From Chthoniobacterales bacterium (GTDB lineage Bacteria; Verrucomicrobiota; Verrucomicrobiia; Chthoniobacterales; Chthoniobacteraceae), in the NCBI GenBank assembly GCA_038207335.1, contig JBBQZX010000031.1, positions 9,507 through 73,506 of the forward strand: DNA of 64,000 nt, written 5' to 3'. Under the pieces are notes generated by a model. The model was not told where the DNA came from and did not search any database. It saw nothing but the letters and a program-made list of their open reading frames with translations. Shown here one piece after another: positions 48,601 to 57,561 of this stretch (its first letter is position 1; every line of letters begins with the position of its first letter). Both the position numbers and the translations under genes were made by a program.

Positions 48601-49398
48601 CTGATAAACGCGGACATAATCCACGCGCATCTTCGTGGTGGAGGTGTCGAACGCGCCGTAACCGGCGGCGGGAATCGGGCCCGCCCAGTCCACGCTCGCG
48701 TCGCTCTGCACCTCGCTGCTCAGCCAGAGGTATTCGCTGCGGTTCGAGACCGGCGAGTTCGCCGCATTGTCCACCGTCCAGCGCAGCACGCCGTCGATGT
48801 AGAATTTCTGCTCCGCCGGCGACCACTCCATGCCGTAGATGTGATAGCCGCCGCCGAGGTCGAGATTCGGCGAAGTGTAGCCGGTGCTCTGGTGGTCCAC
48901 GCCGTAGCCGCCCCAATGCAGATTGCCGACGATTTTGGCGTCGATGCTGGCGCTGTTCGAGTCCACCGTTCGGTGCTCGCAGATGTCGATTTCGCTGCCC
49001 GCAAGATTCGGGTCGGTCGTGTAAATGGACGAATCGCCCATCGTCGGACTTTGCATCCAAAAGGCCGACCACATGCCCGGCGAAGTGTCGTAGTCGATGC
49101 GCGCCTCGACGTAGCCGTAGGTGTAGAGAAACGTCGCCGCCGAAGCGACCATGCCGGTGAAATGGGTACCGCCTTTCGTGAAGGTGGTGATCGTCAGATT
49201 GCCGCCGCCCACGGCCACCGCGCCCGGCGTATTGGTCGCCTGCCGCCGGGGACCACAGAGGTAATGCTGCCACTTTCTCTGGTCGAGGCTGCTGCCCTCG
49301 AACTCATCGCTCCAAACCACCTTCCAGCCCGCCCCAGTCGGCGGCGCGGCCGCACACAGACAGGGGAGCAAGGCTAGGAGCAGGAGCAGGGGGCGCAT
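45622..49398 (-). CDS. Multidomain GH16 glycoside hydrolase (GH16 + 2 CBM4-like + beta-sandwich + 2 PKD-like + LamG + C-terminal domain)
   Basis: WSDEF, YGYVEAR, WSAFW, catalytic EIDICE, VDYVRVYQ; two WS.VSGPG.VTF repeats; LamG WYHIALVFDG. Confidence 0.88.
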   Translation of the reverse strand: MRPLLLLLALLPCLCAAAPPTGAGWKVVWSDEFEGSSLDQRKWQHYLCGPRRQATNTPGAVAVGGGNLTITTFTKGGTHFTGMVASAATFLYTYGYVEARIDYDTSPGMWSAFWMQSPTMGDSSIYTTDPNLAGSEIDICEHRTVDSNSASIDAKIVGNLHWGGYGVDHQSTGYTSPNLDLGGGYHIYGMEWSPAEQKFYIDGVLRWTVDNAANSPVSNRSEYLWLSSEVQSDASVDWAGPIPAAGYGAFDTSTTKMRVDYVRVYQPAETVANGDFAGRLAPFDPTNQATWSSAGGKSGARAGKLAPTTAAGASLRQTLGGLMPDTGYTFSAWGNAGITSPSLFVGVEDHGFPTTGQTLTTNAYAQATVPFTTGASNRSATVVARANNAGSLAYVDDFLLRRNASVTNGQLETGDSDAWSSIYGGSVVAADGTSYGGDFSWKIPASAASAGLEQSIVGLSPSTAYRLTGWTTNGNAGLTFGVKNHGATQVTSTVAASAWTQATVNFTTGAAATGATVFAFRGSSAQTAYADAFFLSQPFAAPWAAADVGALALTGTSGRLGEKFVTQATGGNISGGSDRCHLIHQPLSGDGTLTALILGADIVSDVTKVGLMLRDSTAPNSRAVALTWNATTGRIDFLRRSTAGAGPAVTSTAAGSVPVAPWLRLTRRGSAFTPYWSADGVSWTRVDVPRTVTLSTAVFAGLVLATGDETRLGEAAFDKVSLTAAVPDVLITEPADSTTHAANGSSLRLVATLTGATGAAIQWSIVSGPGSVTFSNATTATTYATFSAPGIYQLRCAAANAVGTGTADLTIYVTPLSTTDSSLALHLKLDETSGTVATDSSGTSNHASTSGAVTWQPAGGKLQGAAVLDGSNAFLTVPDQASLDTTAAFTLSCWFKADTFNANSALLAKRVSDTSQNAYGILFGSGTNGGRFRIDINSNNDRFSSNTVFSTGAWYHIALVFDGTLPTAERAKLYVNGVLDVTAAETSTTVINSTAPMLIGRASETDTNFFDGMVDAVRFYRRALSVGEIAGLANESAVAAPIVSAGAAPAVVTQVAGSLAGSITAGNGAAPVAAWSKVSGPGTVTFGNAAQAATSVTFSQAGDYVLQLTATNSTAQTLATLTVTVARNPALFADWLALQWPGETNPAINGPTADPNGDGELNLYEYATAQNPNAATRALPGVVKNGANLEVTYTRANAALADGVTFTVEWSDTLASGSWSSVGVSEQLISDNGTVQTRKSTFPAGSTGKRFARLRVVK

Positions 49399-49411
49399 CG
49401 GGCAAGCCTTA

Positions 49412-50677
49412 TCATTGGGTTTCGATGACGAAGGCCGGACGCGAGAGCACACCTTTGGAGAGAGCGCCGTAGTGGTCGGAGCGCCAGAAGTCCTTGAGGT
49501 CGGCCGCCGTGATGAGCTGGAGGCCGGGCGTGGCGACGGCGGGATTGCAGAGGATGTAGAGGTTCTTGTCAGCAATGTAGCCGCATACGTTGAGCGTGTG
49601 GCCGGCGCTGCCGCCGGGGTATTGCGGGCCGATGTATTTGAAATCCACGACCACGGGCCGTCCGGCATCGAGTTCGCTTTTTAGAAAGGCGGTGGCTTCG
49701 TCAAAGCCCGAGTCGTCCGGCGTGAAAGTGATGAGCTTCCACTTCTGGCCGATCTTTTCCGAGGCACCCAAGAGGTCGCCCCAGTCGGTGCCGGTGCCGA
49801 GCGGCGATGGGCACAGGCGTTTGAAATCCCAGCCACCGAGTTTCGCGCCCTGAAAGCGCGCGAAGGTGGCACAGGCCGTGGAACCGCAGTTGTTGTAGCC
49901 TTGATAAATGTGCGGCATTTGCACGAAGGCAAACTTGCCCGGTTCGCCTTTGCGCTGCCGATATTCAATGAGTTTCAAAAGGTCAGACCCCTGCTGCGCG
50001 GAGGCGTTGCCGGACGGCTGAGCGGGATGGCCAGTGGGGCCGATGGGGAGCAGTTGGGAGGCGCGCGTCCAGTTCGCCTTCGCCGCGTCGAGTTCGCCGG
50101 TTTCGAACTGCATTTCGCCCAGCACCACGAGGCCGGCAGGGTCGTTTACCTCCGCCGCGCGCTCGGCAAGGCGGCGTGCCTCCGCCGCATCGGGCGCGAC
50201 GCCCTCGCCGGAAAGCAGCACCATCGCCGCCGTGGAGGCCGCGCGCCCGTGGCCGCGTGCTGCGGCCTTTTTCCACCATTCCAGCGCCTTCGGGATGTCC
50301 TGCTCCGTGCCCTGTGCGCCGAAGTAGCACTGGCCGAGATTGAACGCCGCCTGCGCCGATTTATTCGCCGCTGCCCTGAAGTAGCCGAAAGCAATTCCCG
50401 GCTGACGCTCCACGACAGCACCACGCAGGTAAGTGAAGCCGACGAAATCCATCGCATCCGCGTTCCCCGCATCCGCCGCGCGATGCGCCCACTGCAACGC
50501 CAGCGCATCGTCCCTTGCGACACCCTTGCCGTCGCGGTAGCGAATGGCGAGTGCCACCTGAGCCGCGGCATCGCCGCCGTCAGCCTGAGCGGTGAGCGTT
50601 TTGAAATCCAGCGTTTCTTCAACAGACAGAACAGTTGCGGACATAAGCAGGGCAGCGGCGAATGCGGCGTACTTCAT
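49412..50677 (-). CDS. Exported Sel1-repeat protein fused to a C39-like cysteine peptidase
   Basis: Sel1 repeats (A.FNLG..Y..G.G...D..KA.EW..KAA..G); QGYNNCG, GRPVVV, GHTL.V.GY, CNPA. Confidence 0.78.
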   Translation of the reverse strand: MKYAAFAAALLMSATVLSVEETLDFKTLTAQADGGDAAAQVALAIRYRDGKGVARDDALALQWAHRAADAGNADAMDFVGFTYLRGAVVERQPGIAFGYFRAAANKSAQAAFNLGQCYFGAQGTEQDIPKALEWWKKAAARGHGRAASTAAMVLLSGEGVAPDAAEARRLAERAAEVNDPAGLVVLGEMQFETGELDAAKANWTRASQLLPIGPTGHPAQPSGNASAQQGSDLLKLIEYRQRKGEPGKFAFVQMPHIYQGYNNCGSTACATFARFQGAKLGGWDFKRLCPSPLGTGTDWGDLLGASEKIGQKWKLITFTPDDSGFDEATAFLKSELDAGRPVVVDFKYIGPQYPGGSAGHTLNVCGYIADKNLYILCNPAVATPGLQLITAADLKDFWRSDHYGALSKGVLSRPAFVIETQ

Positions 50678-50690
50678 CTCGAAAGGGGTT

Positions 50691-50804
50691 TCATTTTTTC
50701 TCCGCCAGCAGCCCGGTCATGGCCCAGCCGAAGCGGAGGCTGTTTGCACCCAAGTCTCTGCGTTGCGGTTGCGACGGCAGCCCAGATTCTTTGGCTGCAC
50801 GTCC
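50691..50804 (-). pseudogene. Decayed duplicate of the 3' end of the SASA esterase gene at 55230-56336
   Basis: Hand alignment with 55230-55344 about 75% identical with a 1-nt gap; reads DVQPKNLGCRRNRNAETW / LRFGWAMTGLLAEKK* versus DVSPKNQGYHYNRNAETYMGTGLRLGWAMAELLAEKK*. Confidence 0.85.
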
Positions 50805-50834
50805 GGAGGCAGACGCCTTGACATGCTGTGCCGA

Positions 50835-53800
50835 TCAAGCATCCGTCCGGCGGCGACGACGCAGCCCGAGCAGCATGGCGGTGCCGCTCAACAGAGCCAC
50901 CGCGGCGGAGGGCTCCGGGACGGCGGTGAGAATCACGTCGTTCGCATTGGTGCCGCCGTTGTAGGTGATGGAAAACATCTGCACGCCCGCGGTGAAGGTG
51001 TCGCCATTGTTGAGGGGCGTGCCATTGAAGGTGAAACGTCCCGATCCGGTCGTGGCCGCGAGGCCGGTGTTGTTGATCACGAGAAAGCTCATCGAGCCAT
51101 CATCCGCCGGGTCGAAGGCGCCGAGGTTGAGGGTCAGGGGTGAATCGGAGGTGAGGCTCAAGGCGCCGGTGCTCAGTTGATCGTAGCCCGTCCCGGCCAC
51201 CGGGCCGGTGATTTCCAAGGCGAAGGTGCCACCGTTGAAGTCCGTGCTGGACGCGGTGAAGATGCCGGGGCTTGCGCCGGGGGCGAGGGTTCCGCCCGCA
51301 TTGAGCGTCACGGCGCCCGCCGCACCGGTGCCCGCGAGCGTGCCGCCACTGTTCACAGCGATGACCCCTGCGAAGCCGGTCGAGGTAAGGTCCAGCCTGC
51401 CAGTGCCACTCACGGCGGCAATGCTTCCGGCGATGGAACCGCTGATCCGCAAGGTGCCATCGGTGACGTTGGTCGCGCCGGTGAAGGCTTGCGTGCCCGA
51501 GAGGATCTGGGTGCCTGGACCCGTCTTCGTTACGGTTAGCGCTCCCGCGCCGTTGCCAATGTCGCCTGAGTAGCTGTGGTTCGCGCCCGAGACCGGATTC
51601 AACGTCAGGGCAGTCAGCCCCGAGTAGCCGCCGGAAGTGGTGGTGAAGACGGTAGCGAGATCCTTGTTACCTGTAAGGCCGCCCATGGACAGGGAAGTCA
51701 TGGTGGTCCGGAGGCCGTTGGTCGCGTCACCCGTGATGCTGTTGAGGGTATCCAGCGGGCTCTGATTCACGGCTCCTGTGCTCCCCAAACTGAGGATGCC
51801 TCCCAGAATCTTGGTCGCGCCATAATATTGGTTGTTGGCGGTAAGGGTGAATGTCCCGGTGCCGTTCTTGGTCAGGCCGAAATTATTGCCATTCGTGGAG
51901 CCGGATATCGTGGAAGCGCTCACGGAAAACCCCGCCCCATTTCTACCGAGATTGCCCGAATACGTCGTGTCGGTGGAGCCATTGATCGTCAGGGTCGCCG
52001 CCGCAGAGGCATCGCTGTTAACGATCTCCTGGATTCGTAAAGTAGCTGCGGTGTTTGTCAGTCCGGCGAGGGTCTGATTGAACCCAAACAGGTTGAGTCC
52101 GATACCGCGCCCGCCGCCGGAGCCGGCGTTGCCAAGGATGTTCAATATGGTGGTGGTGGGCAGTGCGTTATCGACCCCCAGTTTCACGAACATCTGCCCG
52201 GAGGTCCCTGCGGTATTGTTGATCGTGGTGGTGCCGGAATAATTGTTGGCGGAATTCAGCGTGACGGTGAGGATGGCGTTGGTATTGACGACGTTGTTGA
52301 AGGTCACATTGCCGATGCCGCCAATGGCCCCGTTGATAATGAATTCGTTGAACGTCTGGAAGCCGTTGTTCACGCTGGGAGCGTTGATGGTCACTTTTCC
52401 CGAGGTCGTGATCGGAGCGTAAACGGTGGTGGCGCCATTGATTTGATTCGTCCGCAGGGTCGCACCATTCGTCATGATGATGGCACTGGTTCCGTTGACA
52501 CCCGGGCTATTGCCGCCTAGGGCGTTCGCGTTGGCAAGCAACAGTATGGTATTGTGGACGTTCGTGGCACCAGTGTAGGTGTTCGCTCCACCGAATGCCA
52601 CAGCACCGGGAGTGCCCGTTGATGCGGTGCCGACGATGGTGACTCCCGAAGCCCCCGCACCGTTGTCGGCGACGGGTGCGTTGATGGTGAGCCCGGCTGT
52701 GTTATCCATCGCGAGCACCAGATTCCGTTCCGAACCTATGATGACATTGCTGGCTCCCGTTCCAGCGTTGATGTTGACACTTTCTGTCGCCTTGATCTGG
52801 ACCACTGAATTTAGGGTCAAAGTGCCGCTGTTCGCTAAGGTGATGTTCGTGCCCGCCCCGGTAGCATTGAGCAGAAGGCCGTAAACGCTTGCCCCAGTGT
52901 TCGTGAGGGCGATGCTGCCAGCGTTAAGCTGGTAATACCCGGCCGGGTCAACGCCGGTGCCGACTGCAAGATTTCCGGCATTCGCTTTCAACAGAAGCTG
53001 GCCGCTGGAATTCACCGCAGCCACGCGGAGCGTCCCATTGACGCCACCCGCTACACGGTGAAAGACACCGGCATTGACAAAGGCCGTGCCCGAGCCCGGA
53101 AGGCTCGGGACGCTGCCGCCGGCGAAGATATTGACGATTTCCGTGGTAGAAGCGGTGGTCGTCCATGCCGTCGTGGGACTGAAAATCGTGCTGGAACCCG
53201 AATTCGCCGTGAGCGGACCGAGATTGAGCGTGGCGGAAGTGGCCAAAGCGCCCTTGGCAATGTTAATCGTATTTCTTCCCACGCCCAGCGAGGTGCTCGC
53301 GAAAGTCTGCGCGGTAGTGGCAGAGGCGAAGTTAATGCCGGTGATGGTGAGCGCACCATTATTGACCTGGAGGGCGTTGGCCGCGGCAATGAGGTCGGTC
53401 GGGGTGGCAAGATTATTGTAATCGAGCACCAGGAAGCCGGCACTAACATTCAGGCCACCGGTGAAGGAGTTGGCCGCATTGCCATTGAGCGCCAGGGTGC
53501 CCGCACCGAGCTTGGTCAGCCCCACGCTGCCGCCGACGGCGGTGCTGGTGTTGGCTCCGATGATGGCGCTGAGTCCGGTGCCGACGGTGATGTTACCACC
53601 CGTGCCGCCGAGCGTGACGACGCCGCCGGTCCCGCTGAGGGTGACTGAACCATCCTTGAAGTTCAGGCTGCCGGCATTTTTGGCATTCGTGAGGCCGATG
53701 GTGTAAGCGCTGATGGCATCCGAGCCTGCGGAGAAAAAGAGATCGTCGGTGCTGGAGGTGGTGTAGGCGGAAGTCGCCGTGGCGCCGGTGGCATCCGTGC

Positions 53801-53981
53801 TCCAAGTCGTGCCGCCCGTGCTCCAGAGACCGCTGGGCGTGGCACCGCCCGCCCCGGGTATCGCGCCGTCGATGTCCCAAAAATAGCTCGCGGCACGCGC
53901 GGTTGGCGCGGCGAGCAGCGCTGCGAAAGGTCCGGCGAGGACGACGGCGGCGAGGGAGCGAAGGCGATTGGTGGGGAGCAT
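50835..53981 (-). CDS. PEP-CTERM surface protein with autotransporter-associated beta-strand repeats
   Basis: Signal peptide ending ARA; LTK.G.GT..L...N.Y.G.T repeats; GGTLAPGASPG; C-terminal VPEP + TM + RRRRR. Confidence 0.9.
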   Translation of the reverse strand: MLPTNRLRSLAAVVLAGPFAALLAAPTARAASYFWDIDGAIPGAGGATPSGLWSTGGTTWSTDATGATATSAYTTSSTDDLFFSAGSDAISAYTIGLTNAKNAGSLNFKDGSVTLSGTGGVVTLGGTGGNITVGTGLSAIIGANTSTAVGGSVGLTKLGAGTLALNGNAANSFTGGLNVSAGFLVLDYNNLATPTDLIAAANALQVNNGALTITGINFASATTAQTFASTSLGVGRNTINIAKGALATSATLNLGPLTANSGSSTIFSPTTAWTTTASTTEIVNIFAGGSVPSLPGSGTAFVNAGVFHRVAGGVNGTLRVAAVNSSGQLLLKANAGNLAVGTGVDPAGYYQLNAGSIALTNTGASVYGLLLNATGAGTNITLANSGTLTLNSVVQIKATESVNINAGTGASNVIIGSERNLVLAMDNTAGLTINAPVADNGAGASGVTIVGTASTGTPGAVAFGGANTYTGATNVHNTILLLANANALGGNSPGVNGTSAIIMTNGATLRTNQINGATTVYAPITTSGKVTINAPSVNNGFQTFNEFIINGAIGGIGNVTFNNVVNTNAILTVTLNSANNYSGTTTINNTAGTSGQMFVKLGVDNALPTTTILNILGNAGSGGGRGIGLNLFGFNQTLAGLTNTAATLRIQEIVNSDASAAATLTINGSTDTTYSGNLGRNGAGFSVSASTISGSTNGNNFGLTKNGTGTFTLTANNQYYGATKILGGILSLGSTGAVNQSPLDTLNSITGDATNGLRTTMTSLSMGGLTGNKDLATVFTTTSGGYSGLTALTLNPVSGANHSYSGDIGNGAGALTVTKTGPGTQILSGTQAFTGATNVTDGTLRISGSIAGSIAAVSGTGRLDLTSTGFAGVIAVNSGGTLAGTGAAGAVTLNAGGTLAPGASPGIFTASSTDFNGGTFALEITGPVAGTGYDQLSTGALSLTSDSPLTLNLGAFDPADDGSMSFLVINNTGLAATTGSGRFTFNGTPLNNGDTFTAGVQMFSITYNGGTNANDVILTAVPEPSAAVALLSGTAMLLGLRRRRRTDA

Positions 53982-54021
53982 AGTGGGTTTTCTGAGTTTG
54001 AGTGGAGACCTTCCGCACGAT

Positions 54022-54039
54022 TTTTGCAGGGATGCAAAA
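54022..54039. promoter_or_regulatory. Palindromic candidate operator in the divergent PEP-CTERM/regulator promoter
   Basis: TTTTGCA-GGGA-TGCAAAA. Confidence 0.45.
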
Positions 54040-54084
54040 TATCTCATCATCGACAACCTACCCCTTTTTAGGTAAAGTCTACCC

Positions 54085-55152
54085 ATGCCTTTCCTGCGCG
54101 CGCTTTCCGTCTCCGAGCAGGTGGCCGCGCACTTGCGGGCCGAGCTGGAGCGGGGCCGCTGGAGCGGGACGATCCCCGGGGTGAATCAACTGGCTGCGGA
54201 TATCGGGCTCAACCACAAGACGATCGCGGCGGCGCTCCGGCAGCTCGAGCGCGAGGGGCTGCTCGTGGGGCAGGGCCAGGGTCGCAATCGCCTCATCGTG
54301 CCGCCCGACGAAAAGGCCGCCCGCTCGCTGCGGGTCGCCTTGCTTCACTATGAGCCTGAAACGCTGGACGAGGGATACGTCGTCAGATTGCAGCATTTGC
54401 TCCTGGACGCGGGCCATGCGGCCTTTTTCACCGAAAAATCGCTGCTGGAGCTGAGCATGGAGCAGACGCGCATCAGCCGTCTCGTCAAGCGAACCGCGGC
54501 GGATGCCTGGGTGATCATGGCCGGCTCGCGTTCCGTGCTGGAGTGGTTCAGCGCGCAGCCGGTGCCGGCCTTCGCCCTGTTTGGCCGCAAGGATGGGCTC
54601 CCCATCGCGGCGATCGGACCGGACAAGTCGCCCGCCGTGGCCGCCGCCACGCGCCGGCTGGCTGGCCTCGGTCATCGCCGCATCGTGCTCCTGACCCGCC
54701 GGGTCCGCCGGCTGCCGGAGCCGGGACGCTTCGAGCGCGCTTTCCTCGATGAACTCACGGCCTGCGGCATCGCCGTGAGCGGCTATCATTTGCCCGACTG
54801 GGAAGAGAACCGCGAGGGATTTCACGAATTGCTGACTTCGCTTTTCCGCGTCACGCCGCCCACCGCGTTCATCGTGGACGAAGCCTCCTTTTTTGTCGCG
54901 ACACAGCAGTTTCTCATAGGCCGCGGCATCCGGGTGCCGCAGCAGGTTTCGCTGATCTGCACGGATGCCAATCCCACTTTTGCCTGGTGCACGCCGAGCG
55001 TCTCCCACATCCGCTGGGATGCGGGTCCGGTCATCCGCCGGATCGTGCGCTGGGTGGCAGCCGTGAGCCAGGGCCGCCGGGACTTGAGGCAAACGGTGGT
55101 GCGCGCTGAGTTCGTCAGCGGCGGCACGATCGGCCCGGCTCCCGCGGCATGA
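54085..55152 (+). CDS. Transcriptional regulator, GntR-type HTH + LacI-type substrate-binding domain
   Basis: EQVAAHLRAEL...PGVNQLAADIG.N.KT..AAL..LEREG; LAGLGHRRI, PPTAFIV, GIRVPQQVSLI. Confidence 0.85.
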   Translation: MPFLRALSVSEQVAAHLRAELERGRWSGTIPGVNQLAADIGLNHKTIAAALRQLEREGLLVGQGQGRNRLIVPPDEKAARSLRVALLHYEPETLDEGYVVRLQHLLLDAGHAAFFTEKSLLELSMEQTRISRLVKRTAADAWVIMAGSRSVLEWFSAQPVPAFALFGRKDGLPIAAIGPDKSPAVAAATRRLAGLGHRRIVLLTRRVRRLPEPGRFERAFLDELTACGIAVSGYHLPDWEENREGFHELLTSLFRVTPPTAFIVDEASFFVATQQFLIGRGIRVPQQVSLICTDANPTFAWCTPSVSHIRWDAGPVIRRIVRWVAAVSQGRRDLRQTVVRAEFVSGGTIGPAPAA

Positions 55153-55229
55153 GTGATCGGCAGACGAAACAGGGGCGGACATGAACAGGGCAGTGGCGGG
55201 CGCGGCGTGCTCGATCCCGGCAGCGGCTT

Positions 55230-56336
55230 TCACTTTTTCTCCGCCAGCAGCTCGGCCATCGCCCAGCCGAGGCGGAGGCCGGTTCCCATGTAGGTCTCGG
55301 CGTTTCGGTTGTAGTGGTAGCCTTGGTTCTTTGGCGAAACATCCACCTCGCGCCATAGGTCGCGCTGGTCCACGGCCTTCACGTTACCAGCGAATTCCGG
55401 GTGCACCTTCGCGTCGCCGATGGCGAGCTGCGCCTCGGAGATTTGCAGGCCGAAGCTTTCGCGGCCCGTGAATCCGCAGCCCGTGGCGAGGACGAACATC
55501 GCATTCGGTGCGTCGTAGTCTTTGCGCAGCGACGTGATGAGCCGCGCGAGATTCTGCTCGTAGTGCGCGGCGTGCACGGCGTTCTGGTCTTTGTTCCCCT
55601 GCCACCACACGAACCCCGCGATTTCGTAGCCCTGTCCGTTGTAGCCGGGGTAAATCTTCGCCAAGTCGGCGAGCGCGCCTTTCGCGTTGGCCATGTCATC
55701 GTCGTATTGCTTGCCCGCATACCAGTTCACCTCCTTCTTCGGCTGACCCTCCACCCACGAGTCCGGCGTGTCCTTGTAGCCGGCAAAGGTCCTCGTGACT
55801 TTCTGCCCGCCGCGCTCGGTGACTTCCGCCGTGAAGCGCTCACTGCCCGGCGGCAGAAGGTCCCAGCCGAGGCTGCGGTTGCCGATGCAGCTTTTCAAAA
55901 TGAGCACCGGCGCGTCGAGGACCTGGCCCATCACAAAGCCGAAGCCCACTTCCGGTCCGATGGACTTCCCGTTGTTCGAGGTCGCGCTCAGCGGGCTGCC
56001 TTTTTTCACCCGCGCGTCGTAGTAGTAAACGTCCTTTCGCACCGTCCACGCGCCCGAGTCCTCGACCAGAAAAGGATACTTCTTTTCCGTCTTCGTGAGT
56101 GTCGTGAGCGTGCCCGGTTTGTCCTCCGGCAGGATGTCGCCCATGCCGACCATGTTCGACTGACCCATGAGGATGAAAACTTTCACCTTCTTTGTTTGGT
56201 CGGCGGGTTTGTCGTCAGGCCGCGTAACTTGGTGTTTGGAGTCGGTGTCGATCTTGTCCGCCGCCACCGCGCCGGCCGCGGAGAGGAGGAGTACTGCCAG
56301 CAGGCAGAGTGAAAAGTCAGGTCTTTTGGCTTTCAT
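55230..56336 (-). CDS. Sialate O-acetylesterase-like (SASA/SGNH) esterase
   Basis: VFILMGQSNMVG, IGPEVGFG, KSCIGNRSLGWDLLPP, WWQGNKD, GYHYNRNAETY; alternative start 56345. Confidence 0.85.
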   Translation of the reverse strand: MKAKRPDFSLCLLAVLLLSAAGAVAADKIDTDSKHQVTRPDDKPADQTKKVKVFILMGQSNMVGMGDILPEDKPGTLTTLTKTEKKYPFLVEDSGAWTVRKDVYYYDARVKKGSPLSATSNNGKSIGPEVGFGFVMGQVLDAPVLILKSCIGNRSLGWDLLPPGSERFTAEVTERGGQKVTRTFAGYKDTPDSWVEGQPKKEVNWYAGKQYDDDMANAKGALADLAKIYPGYNGQGYEIAGFVWWQGNKDQNAVHAAHYEQNLARLITSLRKDYDAPNAMFVLATGCGFTGRESFGLQISEAQLAIGDAKVHPEFAGNVKAVDQRDLWREVDVSPKNQGYHYNRNAETYMGTGLRLGWAMAELLAEKK

Positions 56337-56368
56337 GGGGATCATTGATTGGCGGGGTGCTGGCGAGG

Positions 56369-57472
56369 CTATTCGACGACGACCACCGGCTCCCCGAGCA
56401 CGTCCATCTTCGGCGTGATGCCGAGGCCGGGCGCGGTGCTGGCGGACATGAAGCCGTGCGCGCGCTGCGGTGCGCCGTCGGCTGTGGAGACGGTGACGTA
56501 GCTGTTGAAGTCCGTGCTCGTGAAACGGAACTCCTCCGGCGTACTGTGCGCGAGGTGCGCGATGGCGGCGGTCGTGATGTCGCCGCCCCATGAGTCCTCC
56601 AGCGTCATCGCGATGCCCATGCTCACGCAAAGGTCGCGCGCTTGGCGGATTTTCGTGAGCCCGCCGAGTTTGCTGATTTTCAGGTTCACCACGTCCATCG
56701 CCAGGTCCGCTTTTGCGCGCAGCAGCATGTCGAGGCCGTCCACGTTTTCATCGAGCACGAAGGGGTGCTCGCACTGCCGCCGCACGGCAAGGCACTCCTC
56801 GTAGGTCAGGCACGGCTGCTCGAGGTACACGTCCACGTCGCGCACGGCTTTCGCCACGCGCACGGCTTCGTGCTGCACCCAGCCGGTGTTCGCATCGGCC
56901 ACGAGTCGGTCGCCGGGCAGAAGTTCTTCCGCCACGGTGAAAATGCGCTCGATGTCCGTTTCCGGGTCGCCCCCGACTTTGAGCTGAAAGCGCGTGTATC
57001 CCACCGCGCGGTACCCCACGACCTTCGCCGCCATCTCCTCCGGCGACTCCTGCGAGATCGCGCGGTAAAGCCGCACCTTTTCCCCGAACCGCCCGCCGAG
57101 CAGCTCGCACACAGGCATCCCGGCAAACTGCCCGAGGATGTCCCAGCACGCGATATCCACCCCGCTTTTCACATAAGGGTGCCCCTTCAGCGCCGCATCC
57201 ATGCGGTGATTCAGCTTCCCCAATTCCCGCGGATCGCAGCCCAGCAAATGCGGCCCGAGCTCGCGCAGCCCCGCCCGCACGCCCTCCGCGTACGCGGGCA
57301 AATAGAACGGCCCGAGTGGGCACACCTCGCCATGTCCCACGAGGCCCGTATCCGTCTCCACGCGCACGATCGTGCTGTCAAAGACCGTCACCGACTTTCC
57401 GCCCGACCATTTGTAAGTCGTCTCGTGCAGGGGAAGTTCGACTCGGTAGGCGAGGATGCGCGTGATTTTCAT
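56369..57472 (-). CDS. Enolase-superfamily (MR/MLE) enzyme, cis-3-hydroxy-L-proline dehydratase-like
   Basis: Y.WS.G..V.VFDST, EVCPLG..YLP.YA.GVR.GL, QLKVG, DANTGW, EQPC, LDE, EDSWGGD, STDFNSY; subfamily call from recall. Confidence 0.75.
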   Translation of the reverse strand: MKITRILAYRVELPLHETTYKWSGGKSVTVFDSTIVRVETDTGLVGHGEVCPLGPFYLPAYAEGVRAGLRELGPHLLGCDPRELGKLNHRMDAALKGHPYVKSGVDIACWDILGQFAGMPVCELLGGRFGEKVRLYRAISQESPEEMAAKVVGYRAVGYTRFQLKVGGDPETDIERIFTVAEELLPGDRLVADANTGWVQHEAVRVAKAVRDVDVYLEQPCLTYEECLAVRRQCEHPFVLDENVDGLDMLLRAKADLAMDVVNLKISKLGGLTKIRQARDLCVSMGIAMTLEDSWGGDITTAAIAHLAHSTPEEFRFTSTDFNSYVTVSTADGAPQRAHGFMSASTAPGLGITPKMDVLGEPVVVVE

Positions 57473-57561
57473 GCAAAGGAGAAGAGGCTTGGCTGACTCA
57501 GACTCGCCGAAAACACTAAGCGCCCGCCGCTCCCCGTCTTGGCGCCGAAATTCACGCCGAC

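Noticed and set aside
43489..49398. Calling the GH50/GH16 pair a definite agarose-degradation system
   Set aside because: No GH117, GH86 or anhydrogalactose pathway genes were seen; family membership alone does not fix the substrate
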